A DNA stretch of 64,000 nucleotides, taken from positions 320,001-384,000 of the forward strand of contig OZ223272.1 in NCBI GenBank assembly GCA_965140585.1, in the 5' to 3' direction. The position numbers were made by a program, and so were the translations under genes. The notes beneath the pieces are model-generated. The model saw only the letters and a list, made by a program, of their open reading frames with translations, was not told the origin of the DNA and did no database searches. Source of the DNA: Spirochaetia bacterium (GTDB lineage: Bacteria; Spirochaetota; Spirochaetia; UBA9216). Shown piece by piece: positions 11,121 through 20,284 of the stretch; the first letter of the stretch is position 1, and each line of letters begins with the position of its first letter.

Positions 11121-11528
11121 ATGAGCGATACTCTGAATGCAAAACTTAATTTCAATACCGAGGCGGGAGGTACAGCGGATTCTTCAGCAGGATACTCGGT
11201 GAATGTCCTGCAGAAAGAAAATAGTCTAAAACCCTATGACATGCTTCTGATGGCGCTCGGCTCCTGCATGTACGCAACATTCGAAGAAGTTTTTAAAAAA
11301 ATGCGCATCAGTTGTGAATCAACTGATATTGAAATAGAGGGAGAAAAACGTGATGAGGTGCCTAAGTTTCTTAGATACTGCCGTGTTAAATTTACAGTAA
11401 GGGGAGCAGACAATCCGAAGAAATTTGAGCGGGCCTTCGATCTCGCTGCAAAATACTGTTCAATCTTTCAAACCCTCAGCAAGGTGGCAGAGATGTCTAC
11501 CGAGATTGAATTTACCGAACAGGCATAA
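11121..11528 (+). CDS. OsmC/YhfA-family protein
   Basis: PYDMLLMALGSC and KYCSIF cysteine motifs. GGAGG RBS. Confidence 0.88.
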   Translation: MSDTLNAKLNFNTEAGGTADSSAGYSVNVLQKENSLKPYDMLLMALGSCMYATFEEVFKKMRISCESTDIEIEGEKRDEVPKFLRYCRVKFTVRGADNPKKFERAFDLAAKYCSIFQTLSKVAEMSTEIEFTEQA

Positions 11529-11562
11529 AAAAAGCTGCCAGAGTGTATTAACCCGGCAGCCT
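11527..11562 (-). terminator. Intrinsic terminator with U-tract on the minus strand
   Basis: A7-GCTGCC...GGCAGC. Confidence 0.6.
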
Positions 11563-11594
11563 TCAGTTAGTTGATTCCGATAAATCCTTCAACA

Positions 11595-11741
11595 CTAAAA
11601 ATGAAGGCTCATGGACTGATTGAGATAAGGTTTTATCTCGGGAGTAGATATAATATCTTCCCAGTTGTCGTAATTCTTTACCATTACGTCATGGCCGTTC
11701 AGGCTTGTGAACAGCGCTTTAATCTTTCTTATAGTTTTCAT
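11595..11741 (-). CDS. Small hypothetical protein, 48 aa (below the ORF-track cutoff)
   Basis: MKTIRKIKALFTSLNGHDVMVKNYDNWEDIISTPEIKPYLNQSMSLHF*. GAGGTG RBS 5 nt upstream and a minus-strand terminator downstream. Confidence 0.6.
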   Translation of the reverse strand: MKTIRKIKALFTSLNGHDVMVKNYDNWEDIISTPEIKPYLNQSMSLHF

Positions 11742-11881
11742 ATCGTCACCTCATATATCTATGAAATTATCTTATATCGATAAAATAATACTAATTATAA
11801 AAACAATCAAGAGAATTTATATTTTTTTCTTGACAAATATGCATACATCCCCATTAGTTATAATTTTGACCATATTTTTAT

Positions 11882-11916
11882 AAAAAAAGGCCTGTATGGT
11901 AAAAACATACAAGCCT
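11882..11916 (-). terminator. Intrinsic terminator after the ADH-OYE unit
   Basis: A7-GGCCTGTATG...CATACAAGCC. Confidence 0.6.
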
Positions 11917-11941
11917 ATAATTGAATTATTTGGTTTATTTA

Positions 11942-13858
11942 TTAGATATTCAGTGCAGCGTAGAATCCTTCCTTGGTACACCACTCAACAGTTCTCGGCT
12001 TCACACAGTCTCCAATTTCATGAAAATCGTCGGCACAGTTCATAAAACTGTCCGCCAGAGCCTGAAGCGGCCTTAACCCCACCGCAAGCAGAACACTGTC
12101 AGTTTCCACCTCGGCAGACTGTCCGTCAATTTCATAAATGACAGAGCCTTCAGCGATTTTGGTGCAGACAGCGTTCAGAATTACATTGATTTTATCAGCA
12201 TGGTTACGGGCTTCAACAAGAAGCTCATCACGATGAGTCTTGGAAGCGTCTCCGGCAAGCTCGGACATCATCTCAATAATTGTAACCTCATGACCGAGCC
12301 TCTCAAGGTGGACTGCCGTCTCAAGACCAACCTGGCCTCCTCCGATAACAGTAACTTTCTTTCCAAGTTTATCCTCATGCCCTACAGCGGACACGGCAGT
12401 TATGGCATTTTCAACTCCCGGAATTGAGGATGGGATAACGGGTTCAGAACCCACAGCGGCAACAACCGAATCAAAGCCTTTAACCATTTCAGGAGTAGCC
12501 TCAGTATTCATCTTAACCGTTACGGGGCTTTTCTTAAGCTGTTCAACAAGCCAGTTTTTATAGTTGGCAAGCGGCCATTTAAAGGGAATATGATCTGCAT
12601 ACTCAAGCAGCCCGCCAAGAGTATCAGTTTTCTCAAAAAGAGTGACCTCATGTCCAAGTTCAGCAGCCTGCATTGCGGTAAACATGCCTGCCGGACCTCC
12701 GCCTATTACAGCAACCTTCTTTCTTTCAGTTGTCAGAGGAACTCTTTCAATTGCCTCTTCCAGCCCGCAGCGCGGGTTTACAGCACAAAGCAGATGCTGT
12801 GCATAGTTGTCAGAGTCATGACATCGCATACATTTGATACAGGGAGTAACATCATCCGCACAGCCCTCCAGAGTCTTCTTAATCCAGTCGGGGTCGGCAA
12901 AGAACTGCCGGGCGACCATGATGAAGTCGGCCTTGCCGGCGGCAAGAATATCCTCACAGTCCTGAAGTTTGGTAATTCCGCCTATTGCAGTAACAAAGCA
13001 CTTATCGATCTTACCTGACTTCTTCCAGCCTTCGGCAATATAAACATTGGGATTCGGCGGGAGGAATCCGCAGGGATGCGTCCATGTCATCCAGTCGGGA
13101 TTATGCATACCGGCACTGGCCTGAAGGATATCGCAGTATTCCTGAAGTATTTCCGCTATACGAATTCCCTCCTCCTGATCAATACCGCCCTTCTCAAACT
13201 CATCTCCGGACATTCTGATGTCAATAATAAAATCATTACCGCAGGCAGCCCTGATACCTTCGAGGATTTCTACTATATAATGGCAGCGGTTTTCAGTTGA
13301 GCCTCCGTATTCATCAGTCCTATTATTAGTTATGGGGCTTAAGAACTGAGCAATAGGGATACTGTGCCCAAAATGAAGCATTACACCGTCAAAACCTGTT
13401 TTCTTTATAACAGCAGAGGTTTCAATATACTCGTCGCGAAACCAGTCCATCTTTTCTTTTGGAATTTCGCGGCCGATTGGAGGTGACCCCATGATGGAAC
13501 ATCCATCGGATACGGTATAGCCGTCAGGGAATACTCCGATAAGCTCCATGGTACATTTAGCACCGTAAAGATGGATTCTTTCAGTCAGATCAACCAGACG
13601 GTTTGTCTTGTTTCCCATCTTGGTGTCCCATGAACAGTGCAGGCCGTCGTTGAACGCGCCGCCGAGACTCACACCTGCGCAGGTTACCAGACCTGCACCC
13701 GCAATTGCCCGCTGTTCAAAGAAACGAAGTCCCTCCTCTGTCGGATAAGGCTGCCCCGAAGAGGAACTGTGAATTGTACTGGGTGCTGAGATTATTCTAT
13801 TTTTAAGCACTACACCGCCCACACGGACAGGTGAAAATACATGCGGAAACTGTTTCAT
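11942..13858 (-). CDS. NADH:flavin oxidoreductase, Old Yellow Enzyme family with Fe-S and FAD domain (FadH/BaiCD-like architecture)
   Basis: LKNRII, QFLSPITNNRTDEYGGS, CIKCMRC...CAVNP, VIGGGPAG, VIGGGQVG, IGDCVKPR. Confidence 0.92.
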   Translation of the reverse strand: MKQFPHVFSPVRVGGVVLKNRIISAPSTIHSSSSGQPYPTEEGLRFFEQRAIAGAGLVTCAGVSLGGAFNDGLHCSWDTKMGNKTNRLVDLTERIHLYGAKCTMELIGVFPDGYTVSDGCSIMGSPPIGREIPKEKMDWFRDEYIETSAVIKKTGFDGVMLHFGHSIPIAQFLSPITNNRTDEYGGSTENRCHYIVEILEGIRAACGNDFIIDIRMSGDEFEKGGIDQEEGIRIAEILQEYCDILQASAGMHNPDWMTWTHPCGFLPPNPNVYIAEGWKKSGKIDKCFVTAIGGITKLQDCEDILAAGKADFIMVARQFFADPDWIKKTLEGCADDVTPCIKCMRCHDSDNYAQHLLCAVNPRCGLEEAIERVPLTTERKKVAVIGGGPAGMFTAMQAAELGHEVTLFEKTDTLGGLLEYADHIPFKWPLANYKNWLVEQLKKSPVTVKMNTEATPEMVKGFDSVVAAVGSEPVIPSSIPGVENAITAVSAVGHEDKLGKKVTVIGGGQVGLETAVHLERLGHEVTIIEMMSELAGDASKTHRDELLVEARNHADKINVILNAVCTKIAEGSVIYEIDGQSAEVETDSVLLAVGLRPLQALADSFMNCADDFHEIGDCVKPRTVEWCTKEGFYAALNI

Positions 13859-13877
13859 CTATTATTACTCCATTAAA

Positions 13878-14933
13878 TTAAAGACTCGGGTCTATTAATA
13901 CTTTAAGATGCCCTTTGCGGCTTTCGGCACCGATATACTTTTCAACAGCATCATCAAGACTGAGTACACCTGTCACCATTCCGGGAAATGAAATCTTTCC
14001 TGCAGCAAGCATTTCAAGGTACATAATAACTTCTTCCTCTGTGTAGACAAAGGTGAAAAGTAAATCCGGCTCAAAAATTGAGAAACGGCCCGGAGTAATT
14101 TCAAAGGGCTCGTTGATTGTTCCGATTACCACAACCTGTCCGCCGGGTTTTACCGCCTGAAAAACACAGTTGTTGAAACTTGCATGATTTCCCGCGCACT
14201 CAAAGACAACATCGGCACCTACCGGTGTTCCAAGAATCTTTTTGATCTCGCCACCGAGATCATTACACTTCTTTGAGTTAATAAAGTAATCGGCCCCGTA
14301 CTGTTTAAGAATCGGTTCCTTCTCATCAGAAGTACCGAGAACAATAATCCTGTTAGCACCGCCCGCCTTCAGAAACTGTATTGCAGCAAGACCTATCGGT
14401 CCGGTTCCGCTGACCACGACATTATCACCGATTTTGAAGGTTGATTTTCTGATACCGTGAAGGGCAACACAGATTACATCAAACAGGACTGCATCCTTCA
14501 TATCAACTTCATCGGGAATCTTAATCAACATTGTGTGTGCTGCATCACGCACAAGAAAGTATTCGCAGTAACCGCCGTCCGGACCGCCGATACCAGGTGT
14601 ATTGGGGAAACCGTTTATGCAGATATTGGTCTTCCCTTCTTTACATGACGGACAGATTTCAGCACAGGCTGTCGGAGGTCCGCAAAGCAGTTTATCACCG
14701 ACAGCAAAGTCGGCAACACCCTCTCCTACCTCCACAACAGTACCGGCATTTTCATGACCGAGAACCATAGGTAGCTGGATAAATGGAGGATAATGTCCTG
14801 CATAAAATTCCACATCGGTACCGCAGATACCGGCATAATTCATCTTTACAACAAGCTGATTAGGACCAGGATGCGGTACAGGACGGTCCTCAAGTCTAAG
14901 GTCGCCGGGACCGTATAATGCTAAAGCTTTCAT
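13878..14933 (-). CDS. Zinc-dependent alcohol dehydrogenase (MDR family)
   Basis: GICGTD, LGHE, structural Zn CAEICPSCKEGKTNIC, GTGPIG. Confidence 0.92.
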   Translation of the reverse strand: MKALALYGPGDLRLEDRPVPHPGPNQLVVKMNYAGICGTDVEFYAGHYPPFIQLPMVLGHENAGTVVEVGEGVADFAVGDKLLCGPPTACAEICPSCKEGKTNICINGFPNTPGIGGPDGGYCEYFLVRDAAHTMLIKIPDEVDMKDAVLFDVICVALHGIRKSTFKIGDNVVVSGTGPIGLAAIQFLKAGGANRIIVLGTSDEKEPILKQYGADYFINSKKCNDLGGEIKKILGTPVGADVVFECAGNHASFNNCVFQAVKPGGQVVVIGTINEPFEITPGRFSIFEPDLLFTFVYTEEEVIMYLEMLAAGKISFPGMVTGVLSLDDAVEKYIGAESRKGHLKVLIDPSL

Positions 14934-15134
14934 TCTATTTTTATCTCCTCAAATAGTGTTAGGTAATTTTTTTGATATTTAAACACTATTAAAGTCTATT
15001 TTTATCCATATGATAGCATTCTGCAGTTTGTTAGTGAAATATTTATTTCGGCGGGAATAATATACTAAAAGGAATAACTGATTTTACTGATAAAAAACTT
15101 TACAATTCTTATATTCGAATTGTAAGATCTATGA

Positions 15135-16091
15135 GTGAATAAAATAATCAAGATTCTGGCCCTGCTGTTTGGGATCTCCTTTATAGTTTTACTTTTTTTT
15201 TCAGTCCGCCTTCTTCTGCAGTCACCCTTTGTTTCTGAGAACAATAAAAATGCAGCAGAAGAGAAGATGTACCACTATGCCTTTTTTCTTCCTGCAGAAA
15301 ATTCTTCCTATTTCAGCAGATTAAAAGAAGGTGCCATTGAGGCCGCAGAATCGAGGGGCTGTGCAATCAGCTTCCATTCAATAGATTCCGATCCGCTCAG
15401 TTTTGAAATGGCCAGATATTCCGGGTTTGACGGATTTGGTCTGTATCTTTATGAAAAAGACCGGAGCAAACTTCAGTATGTATCTGAAATTCTTAAAGAA
15501 GGCTTTCCTGTAGTTCAGATCGAAAATGAAATAATTCAGGGGACCGACTCTATTTTCATCGGAACAAATAATTTTGATGTAGGAAAAGGAATAGGACAGC
15601 TGGCTCTTGATACCGGAATCGACAAACTGAATATGGTTCTTGTATACAGTAAAAAAAGTCCCGGAGTCCTGTCCGACAGGAACCTTGTTGAAATGGGTCT
15701 GAAAACTGTTCTCGGAAATAAATTATCCGTATTAAACACGGAAGAAACAAGCTTAAATCCTCTTGCCACCGGAATGCTTGCCTATGATTTATTAAGAAAA
15801 GATCCTTCAATTGATATTATTGCGCTCACAGATGCCAATGACACTCTAATGACAGTCCAAACTATTATTGATATGAATCTCGTCGGAAAGGTCCAGATAA
15901 TCGGCTTTGGGGAACATGAAACAATAAAATCATATATCGAAAAAGGAGTGCTTCTAGGCAGTATAGTCAGAAACCCGTACCGCATAGGTTTTTCAACTGT
16001 AATGGCCCTGAAAGAACTTAATACGAACGGTTACACATCTGCCTATGCAGATACAGGCATTACCATACTTTCAGGAAAGACAAATGAATAA
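15135..16091 (+). CDS. Membrane-anchored sugar-binding protein (Peripla_BP type), likely sensor partner of the adjacent kinase
   Basis: N-terminal TM, FIGTNNFDVG, VQIIGFG, VRNPYRIG; overlaps the kinase start. Confidence 0.82.
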   Translation: MNKIIKILALLFGISFIVLLFFSVRLLLQSPFVSENNKNAAEEKMYHYAFFLPAENSSYFSRLKEGAIEAAESRGCAISFHSIDSDPLSFEMARYSGFDGFGLYLYEKDRSKLQYVSEILKEGFPVVQIENEIIQGTDSIFIGTNNFDVGKGIGQLALDTGIDKLNMVLVYSKKSPGVLSDRNLVEMGLKTVLGNKLSVLNTEETSLNPLATGMLAYDLLRKDPSIDIIALTDANDTLMTVQTIIDMNLVGKVQIIGFGEHETIKSYIEKGVLLGSIVRNPYRIGFSTVMALKELNTNGYTSAYADTGITILSGKTNE

Positions 16092-17565
16092 TTCAATAAA
16101 AAACAGACTGTTGCTCTATTTTACGATCAGTATGGTAATCATTGTGATTTCTCTGGGCCTTGTCTTTTACAACTCTCTGAAAATTCAGAATATAGCAGAC
16201 AAGCGTTTTGAAGACGAACAGTTTCTTCAGGAAATTCAGACGCATCTGACTGATATCCAGGAGCCTCTTGAGAATTACCTGACCACCTACTCTTCCTCAT
16301 CACTTTCAAAACTCCTGTATAAAATAGAAATATTAAATGAATCAATTCCAATTCAGCGCAAAATAACCGCGAATGATTCAGATCTGATAAAACGGGAATT
16401 GTCTTTTTTACTTGAAAATTATTTAATCCAGTTAAACCAGATTATTGAACAGAAACGCGGGCACAGGGTGAAGGAGTATACCGAAAACTATCAAAACCTT
16501 TACAACCTGTATACTTACATAACCGATAAAATAAATTACGCAAGTCTGCTTGGTTTCCGCGTCCAATTGGAAGAATACAGAAATTTTCTGAACCTTTTTC
16601 GCCGGATGCAGCTTTACAGCATTATTCAGATACTGCTTGCCACAGCATTCTCGTTTACACTTCTCATGCAGACTATTAATAATATTGTAACCCCGATGTA
16701 CGAGTTATCACTCATGGCCGGCAAACTTTCAAATGGTGAATTTGACATACCTGACATGCATTTTGATTCTGTAAATGAAGTCAATCAGGTTTCGGAAGCC
16801 TTTAATGATATGAAACTGAATATCCGCCAGTTTGTTGAAGAGCTTCATGAACAGAAAGAAATGGAACAGGAGATTATGACGGAGCGAGTTAGAAATTTAA
16901 AAATGGAACAGATGCTGAAAAGGATGGAATTGTACACACTTCAGGCACAAATGAATCCTCACTTCCTGTTTAATACAATCAATACAGGAGTACAGTTAGC
17001 TATAGTAGAGAATGCAGACAGAACGGCTGAGTTTATGGAAAGTCTTGCAGCCCTTTTCCGGTATAATATCAGAGAAAAACAGTTTTTCGTCCCGCTGCGC
17101 CATGAGCTTGACGGTTTGAAATCTTATTACAACATACTGAAAATCAGATTTCCAAAAACGCTGAATTTCGTTTTAAATGTCGATGAAGAACTCCTCGATA
17201 AATACACATGCCCGTCAATGATACTGCAGCCTCTTGTAGAGAATTCAGTACTTCATGCTTTTAAAAACAAGGAAGGCATAGGAACGATTACGGTTCATAT
17301 CAGTTTCGACGATCCAGTTCTGCTGATTTCAGTTCAGGACGACGGGGATGGTATTCCCGAAAAAACGGTCAGGAAATTATTATTTTCGCATATTCATGAT
17401 TACCAGTTCAGTTCCAAAGTAATGGGATTGGAAAATGTTATCCAGCGATGTTATTTCTTTTACCCTGATCATAAGGATGTCATAAATATAAAATCTCATC
17501 CCAACGAAGGAACAAACATTGAGATTAGAATACATACCGAGGTTCAGCCATGTATCAAATTATGA
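16084..17565 (+). CDS. YesM/LytS-type sensor histidine kinase
   Basis: Two TMs, HAMP, LQAQMNPHFLFNT, LQPLVENSVLH, DDGDG. Confidence 0.93.
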   Translation: MNNSIKNRLLLYFTISMVIIVISLGLVFYNSLKIQNIADKRFEDEQFLQEIQTHLTDIQEPLENYLTTYSSSSLSKLLYKIEILNESIPIQRKITANDSDLIKRELSFLLENYLIQLNQIIEQKRGHRVKEYTENYQNLYNLYTYITDKINYASLLGFRVQLEEYRNFLNLFRRMQLYSIIQILLATAFSFTLLMQTINNIVTPMYELSLMAGKLSNGEFDIPDMHFDSVNEVNQVSEAFNDMKLNIRQFVEELHEQKEMEQEIMTERVRNLKMEQMLKRMELYTLQAQMNPHFLFNTINTGVQLAIVENADRTAEFMESLAALFRYNIREKQFFVPLRHELDGLKSYYNILKIRFPKTLNFVLNVDEELLDKYTCPSMILQPLVENSVLHAFKNKEGIGTITVHISFDDPVLLISVQDDGDGIPEKTVRKLLFSHIHDYQFSSKVMGLENVIQRCYFFYPDHKDVINIKSHPNEGTNIEIRIHTEVQPCIKL

Positions 17566-19040
17566 TAGTTGATGATGAAGAACCTGTTTTAGACAGTTTT
17601 GCATTCATACTCAGCAACAATACAACAGACTTTGAACTTTGCGCAAAAGCAAGGTCGGGAACAGAAGCAGTCAGGCTGATATATGAGCTCTCACCCGATC
17701 TTGTTTTCATGGATATACAAATGCCCGGAATAAATGGAATTGATGCGATCGAACAAGTCAGGAAAAGTTTTCCCAAGACCGTATTTATTCTGGCTACTGC
17801 ATATGAGCGTTTTGATATAGCTCAAAAAGCAATCCCTCTGGGTGTTTTCAGCTATATTGTCAAACCGATTTCTCGACAGAGACTCCTTGACGAACTTTCG
17901 AGAGTAAAAATCCATCTTGACAATTTAAGAGAAATGGAGCTAAGGAGTCTCGAAGATACCCAGCTTCTGAAGAAAACAAAGAATGAAGAGACCAAGCGTT
18001 TTTTATGCGGCTTAATGTGGCGAGACCACAATGAAAATGACTGGATCCGGTTTTTAAGTCTATTTTCAATAAACAGTGACCGCGGTTCAATTTATCTGCT
18101 CGAAGCCACAGGCGATATTTCTGAAGACATAAAAAATTCAAACTACGAAATTATCAAAGAAAAAATACAATATAAATTCTTCTGCCTCAGTACAATCGTT
18201 GCAGGCAGAATGCTCATTTTCTTTCCTGAAGAAAAAAGTTTAAACAAACTGGATTTTTATCTTGATGACATTATAAAAAAACTAAGCCCCTATACTTTTA
18301 TCCAGGGCAAGGGCGGGGTTTATCCCCTAACCTCACTGCACAGGTCTTTCTCTGAAGCATTCCAGCCTTTTGCAATAGCTTCTGAAAAAGAAGAGACCTA
18401 TTTCCCTGGCTGGGAAAAAATCAAGTCAGTATGCAACAGCATCATAGACACAAAGAATGAAAATGCTAAAAATATTTTTGAAGAGTTCTGGATTGAGATA
18501 TTTAATAAACTCAGCTTCCAGGTAGCTCTGGGGAAAATGGTTTCATTATTTTCTCTTGTATTAAGCAGAATAGATAAACAGGTTTTAATTTCTTCTAACT
18601 TTAATTTTGATCCGGCTGAAGAAATAATGGTCTTGACCTCTGTAGAAGAATGGCAGCGATGGTCTTCTCAAATTTTTGAAAGCCTTAGAATGCATATACA
18701 GCTGGGAAAAGACCAGTCTTACCCAAAACCGCTTATCGCTGCGATTGTTTATATAAGGGAAAATTTCCAGAAACCTATACAGCTTTCAATGGTAGCAGAG
18801 GCCTGTAATGTCACAAGCAGTTATCTAAGCAGGTTGTTTAAAGAGTATTTAGGCACTAATTTTGTTGATTATATAAATCAGTTTCGACTCAATAAAGCCA
18901 TCACATTGCTTGAAGGAAAAAAATATGCCATTAAGGAAGTTGCGTCTCTGGTTGGATATCAGGATCCAAATTATTTCAGCAGAATATTCAGGCGCCACAT
19001 GGGCATATCACCCTCAGATCTGGAAAAAGAAGGTTTATAA
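17550..19040 (+). CDS. YesN-type response regulator (REC plus AraC HTH)
   Basis: IVDDE, MDIQMPG, VGYQDPNYFSRIF. Confidence 0.93.
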   Translation: MYQIMIVDDEEPVLDSFAFILSNNTTDFELCAKARSGTEAVRLIYELSPDLVFMDIQMPGINGIDAIEQVRKSFPKTVFILATAYERFDIAQKAIPLGVFSYIVKPISRQRLLDELSRVKIHLDNLREMELRSLEDTQLLKKTKNEETKRFLCGLMWRDHNENDWIRFLSLFSINSDRGSIYLLEATGDISEDIKNSNYEIIKEKIQYKFFCLSTIVAGRMLIFFPEEKSLNKLDFYLDDIIKKLSPYTFIQGKGGVYPLTSLHRSFSEAFQPFAIASEKEETYFPGWEKIKSVCNSIIDTKNENAKNIFEEFWIEIFNKLSFQVALGKMVSLFSLVLSRIDKQVLISSNFNFDPAEEIMVLTSVEEWQRWSSQIFESLRMHIQLGKDQSYPKPLIAAIVYIRENFQKPIQLSMVAEACNVTSSYLSRLFKEYLGTNFVDYINQFRLNKAITLLEGKKYAIKEVASLVGYQDPNYFSRIFRRHMGISPSDLEKEGL

Positions 19041-19042
19041 TA

Positions 19043-20068
19043 ATGATAAAAAAAGGGATTATATTTATTGTATTAATTCTAATTGTCTCAGTTTCATGTA
19101 GTAAAAAGGAAGAGGATAAATCAGGCGTTCGCATAGGCTTTTCTGCTGCCTCGGATACATTTCTTCTTGAACGCTGGGATCGTGATATTAAGATATTCAT
19201 GGCCGCAGCAAGAGAGTATGACGCCGAAGTAATTTTCGCAAAATCACCCGGGAATGCAATGGGACAGATACCACAGATACAGTATTTACTTGAACAGGAT
19301 ATAGATGTCCTGGTCGTTATTCCCGAAGATATGGAAATGCTTTCCGGAATAATTAAAAAAATATTAGATAAAGGTATTCCCGTCTTATCATATGACAGAC
19401 CTGTCATGAATGTCCCGATTACCGGGTATGTTTCTTTTGATAATAAAGAAGTCGGAAGACTGCTTGCACGAGCACTGCTGAAGGCCAGCCCGCGCGGCAA
19501 TTATTTAATTATAAACGGTTCTGTCCGCGACAACAACAGCTATGAAGTAAACAAGGGACTCCATCAAATCCTGGATCCTTATTTGAGAAGTGGAGAAATC
19601 AAACTCGTTGAGGAAATATGGCTTGAGGAGTGGAGTTTTGATGAAGCTACAAAAAAGATTGGAGCAGTCCTTGAAAGAACACAGGATATCCAGGCAATCT
19701 CTGGAGCCAACGATATGATAGCGGAAGCTGCAATCCGGCTTCTCTCAGAAAGACGCCTAGCCGGTCAGGTAGCCGTTGTAGGGCAGGATGCTGACCTACT
19801 CTCCTGCCAGAGAATAATGGAAGGCACACAGCTGATTACAGTATACAAACCCATTGCTCTTCTGGCAGAACGGGCAGCTCAACTGGCAGTAAATATGGCC
19901 AGAAATGAAACTCCGGAACCGGATCAGTATATAGACAATAACAGCGGCAGAGATATTCCGTTCTTCGTTGAAACTCCAATTGCTGTAGATAAAGAGAAAA
20001 TGGATGAGACCGTAATAAAGGATGGATTTCATTCAAAAGATGATGTTTACCGCAAAATTACACCCTGA
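19043..20068 (+). CDS. XylF-like sugar-binding lipoprotein
   Basis: Lipobox VSVSC, ERWDRD, VLSYDR, VSFDN, VGQDADL, TVYKPI. Confidence 0.88.
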   Translation: MIKKGIIFIVLILIVSVSCSKKEEDKSGVRIGFSAASDTFLLERWDRDIKIFMAAAREYDAEVIFAKSPGNAMGQIPQIQYLLEQDIDVLVVIPEDMEMLSGIIKKILDKGIPVLSYDRPVMNVPITGYVSFDNKEVGRLLARALLKASPRGNYLIINGSVRDNNSYEVNKGLHQILDPYLRSGEIKLVEEIWLEEWSFDEATKKIGAVLERTQDIQAISGANDMIAEAAIRLLSERRLAGQVAVVGQDADLLSCQRIMEGTQLITVYKPIALLAERAAQLAVNMARNETPEPDQYIDNNSGRDIPFFVETPIAVDKEKMDETVIKDGFHSKDDVYRKITP

Positions 20069-20284
20069 ATTATAAAATTGTCCTATATTTTTTTAACTAA
20101 TTTTACTCAATGTCAATAATAGCCTATCCATATCAGATAAGTCCTGTATCGGATTCATAATATCCCTATTAAAATTAATACAGTAATCAAAAGCCCATTT
20201 TATTAATCTTGAATTGATTAACTGCCTGATTGTAGTTTTTCAATATATTTATTCGATAAGGCAGAATTAGTTAAGAGGTGTTTT

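Noticed and set aside
11571-11783. 70-aa plus-strand ORF from the track
   Set aside because: TTG start without an RBS; the opposite-strand 48-aa ORF has an RBS and terminator support.
20075-20170. Loose CCTAT-like repeats at roughly 21-bp intervals upstream of gguA
   Set aside because: Too degenerate in AT-rich DNA to call a regulator site by eye.
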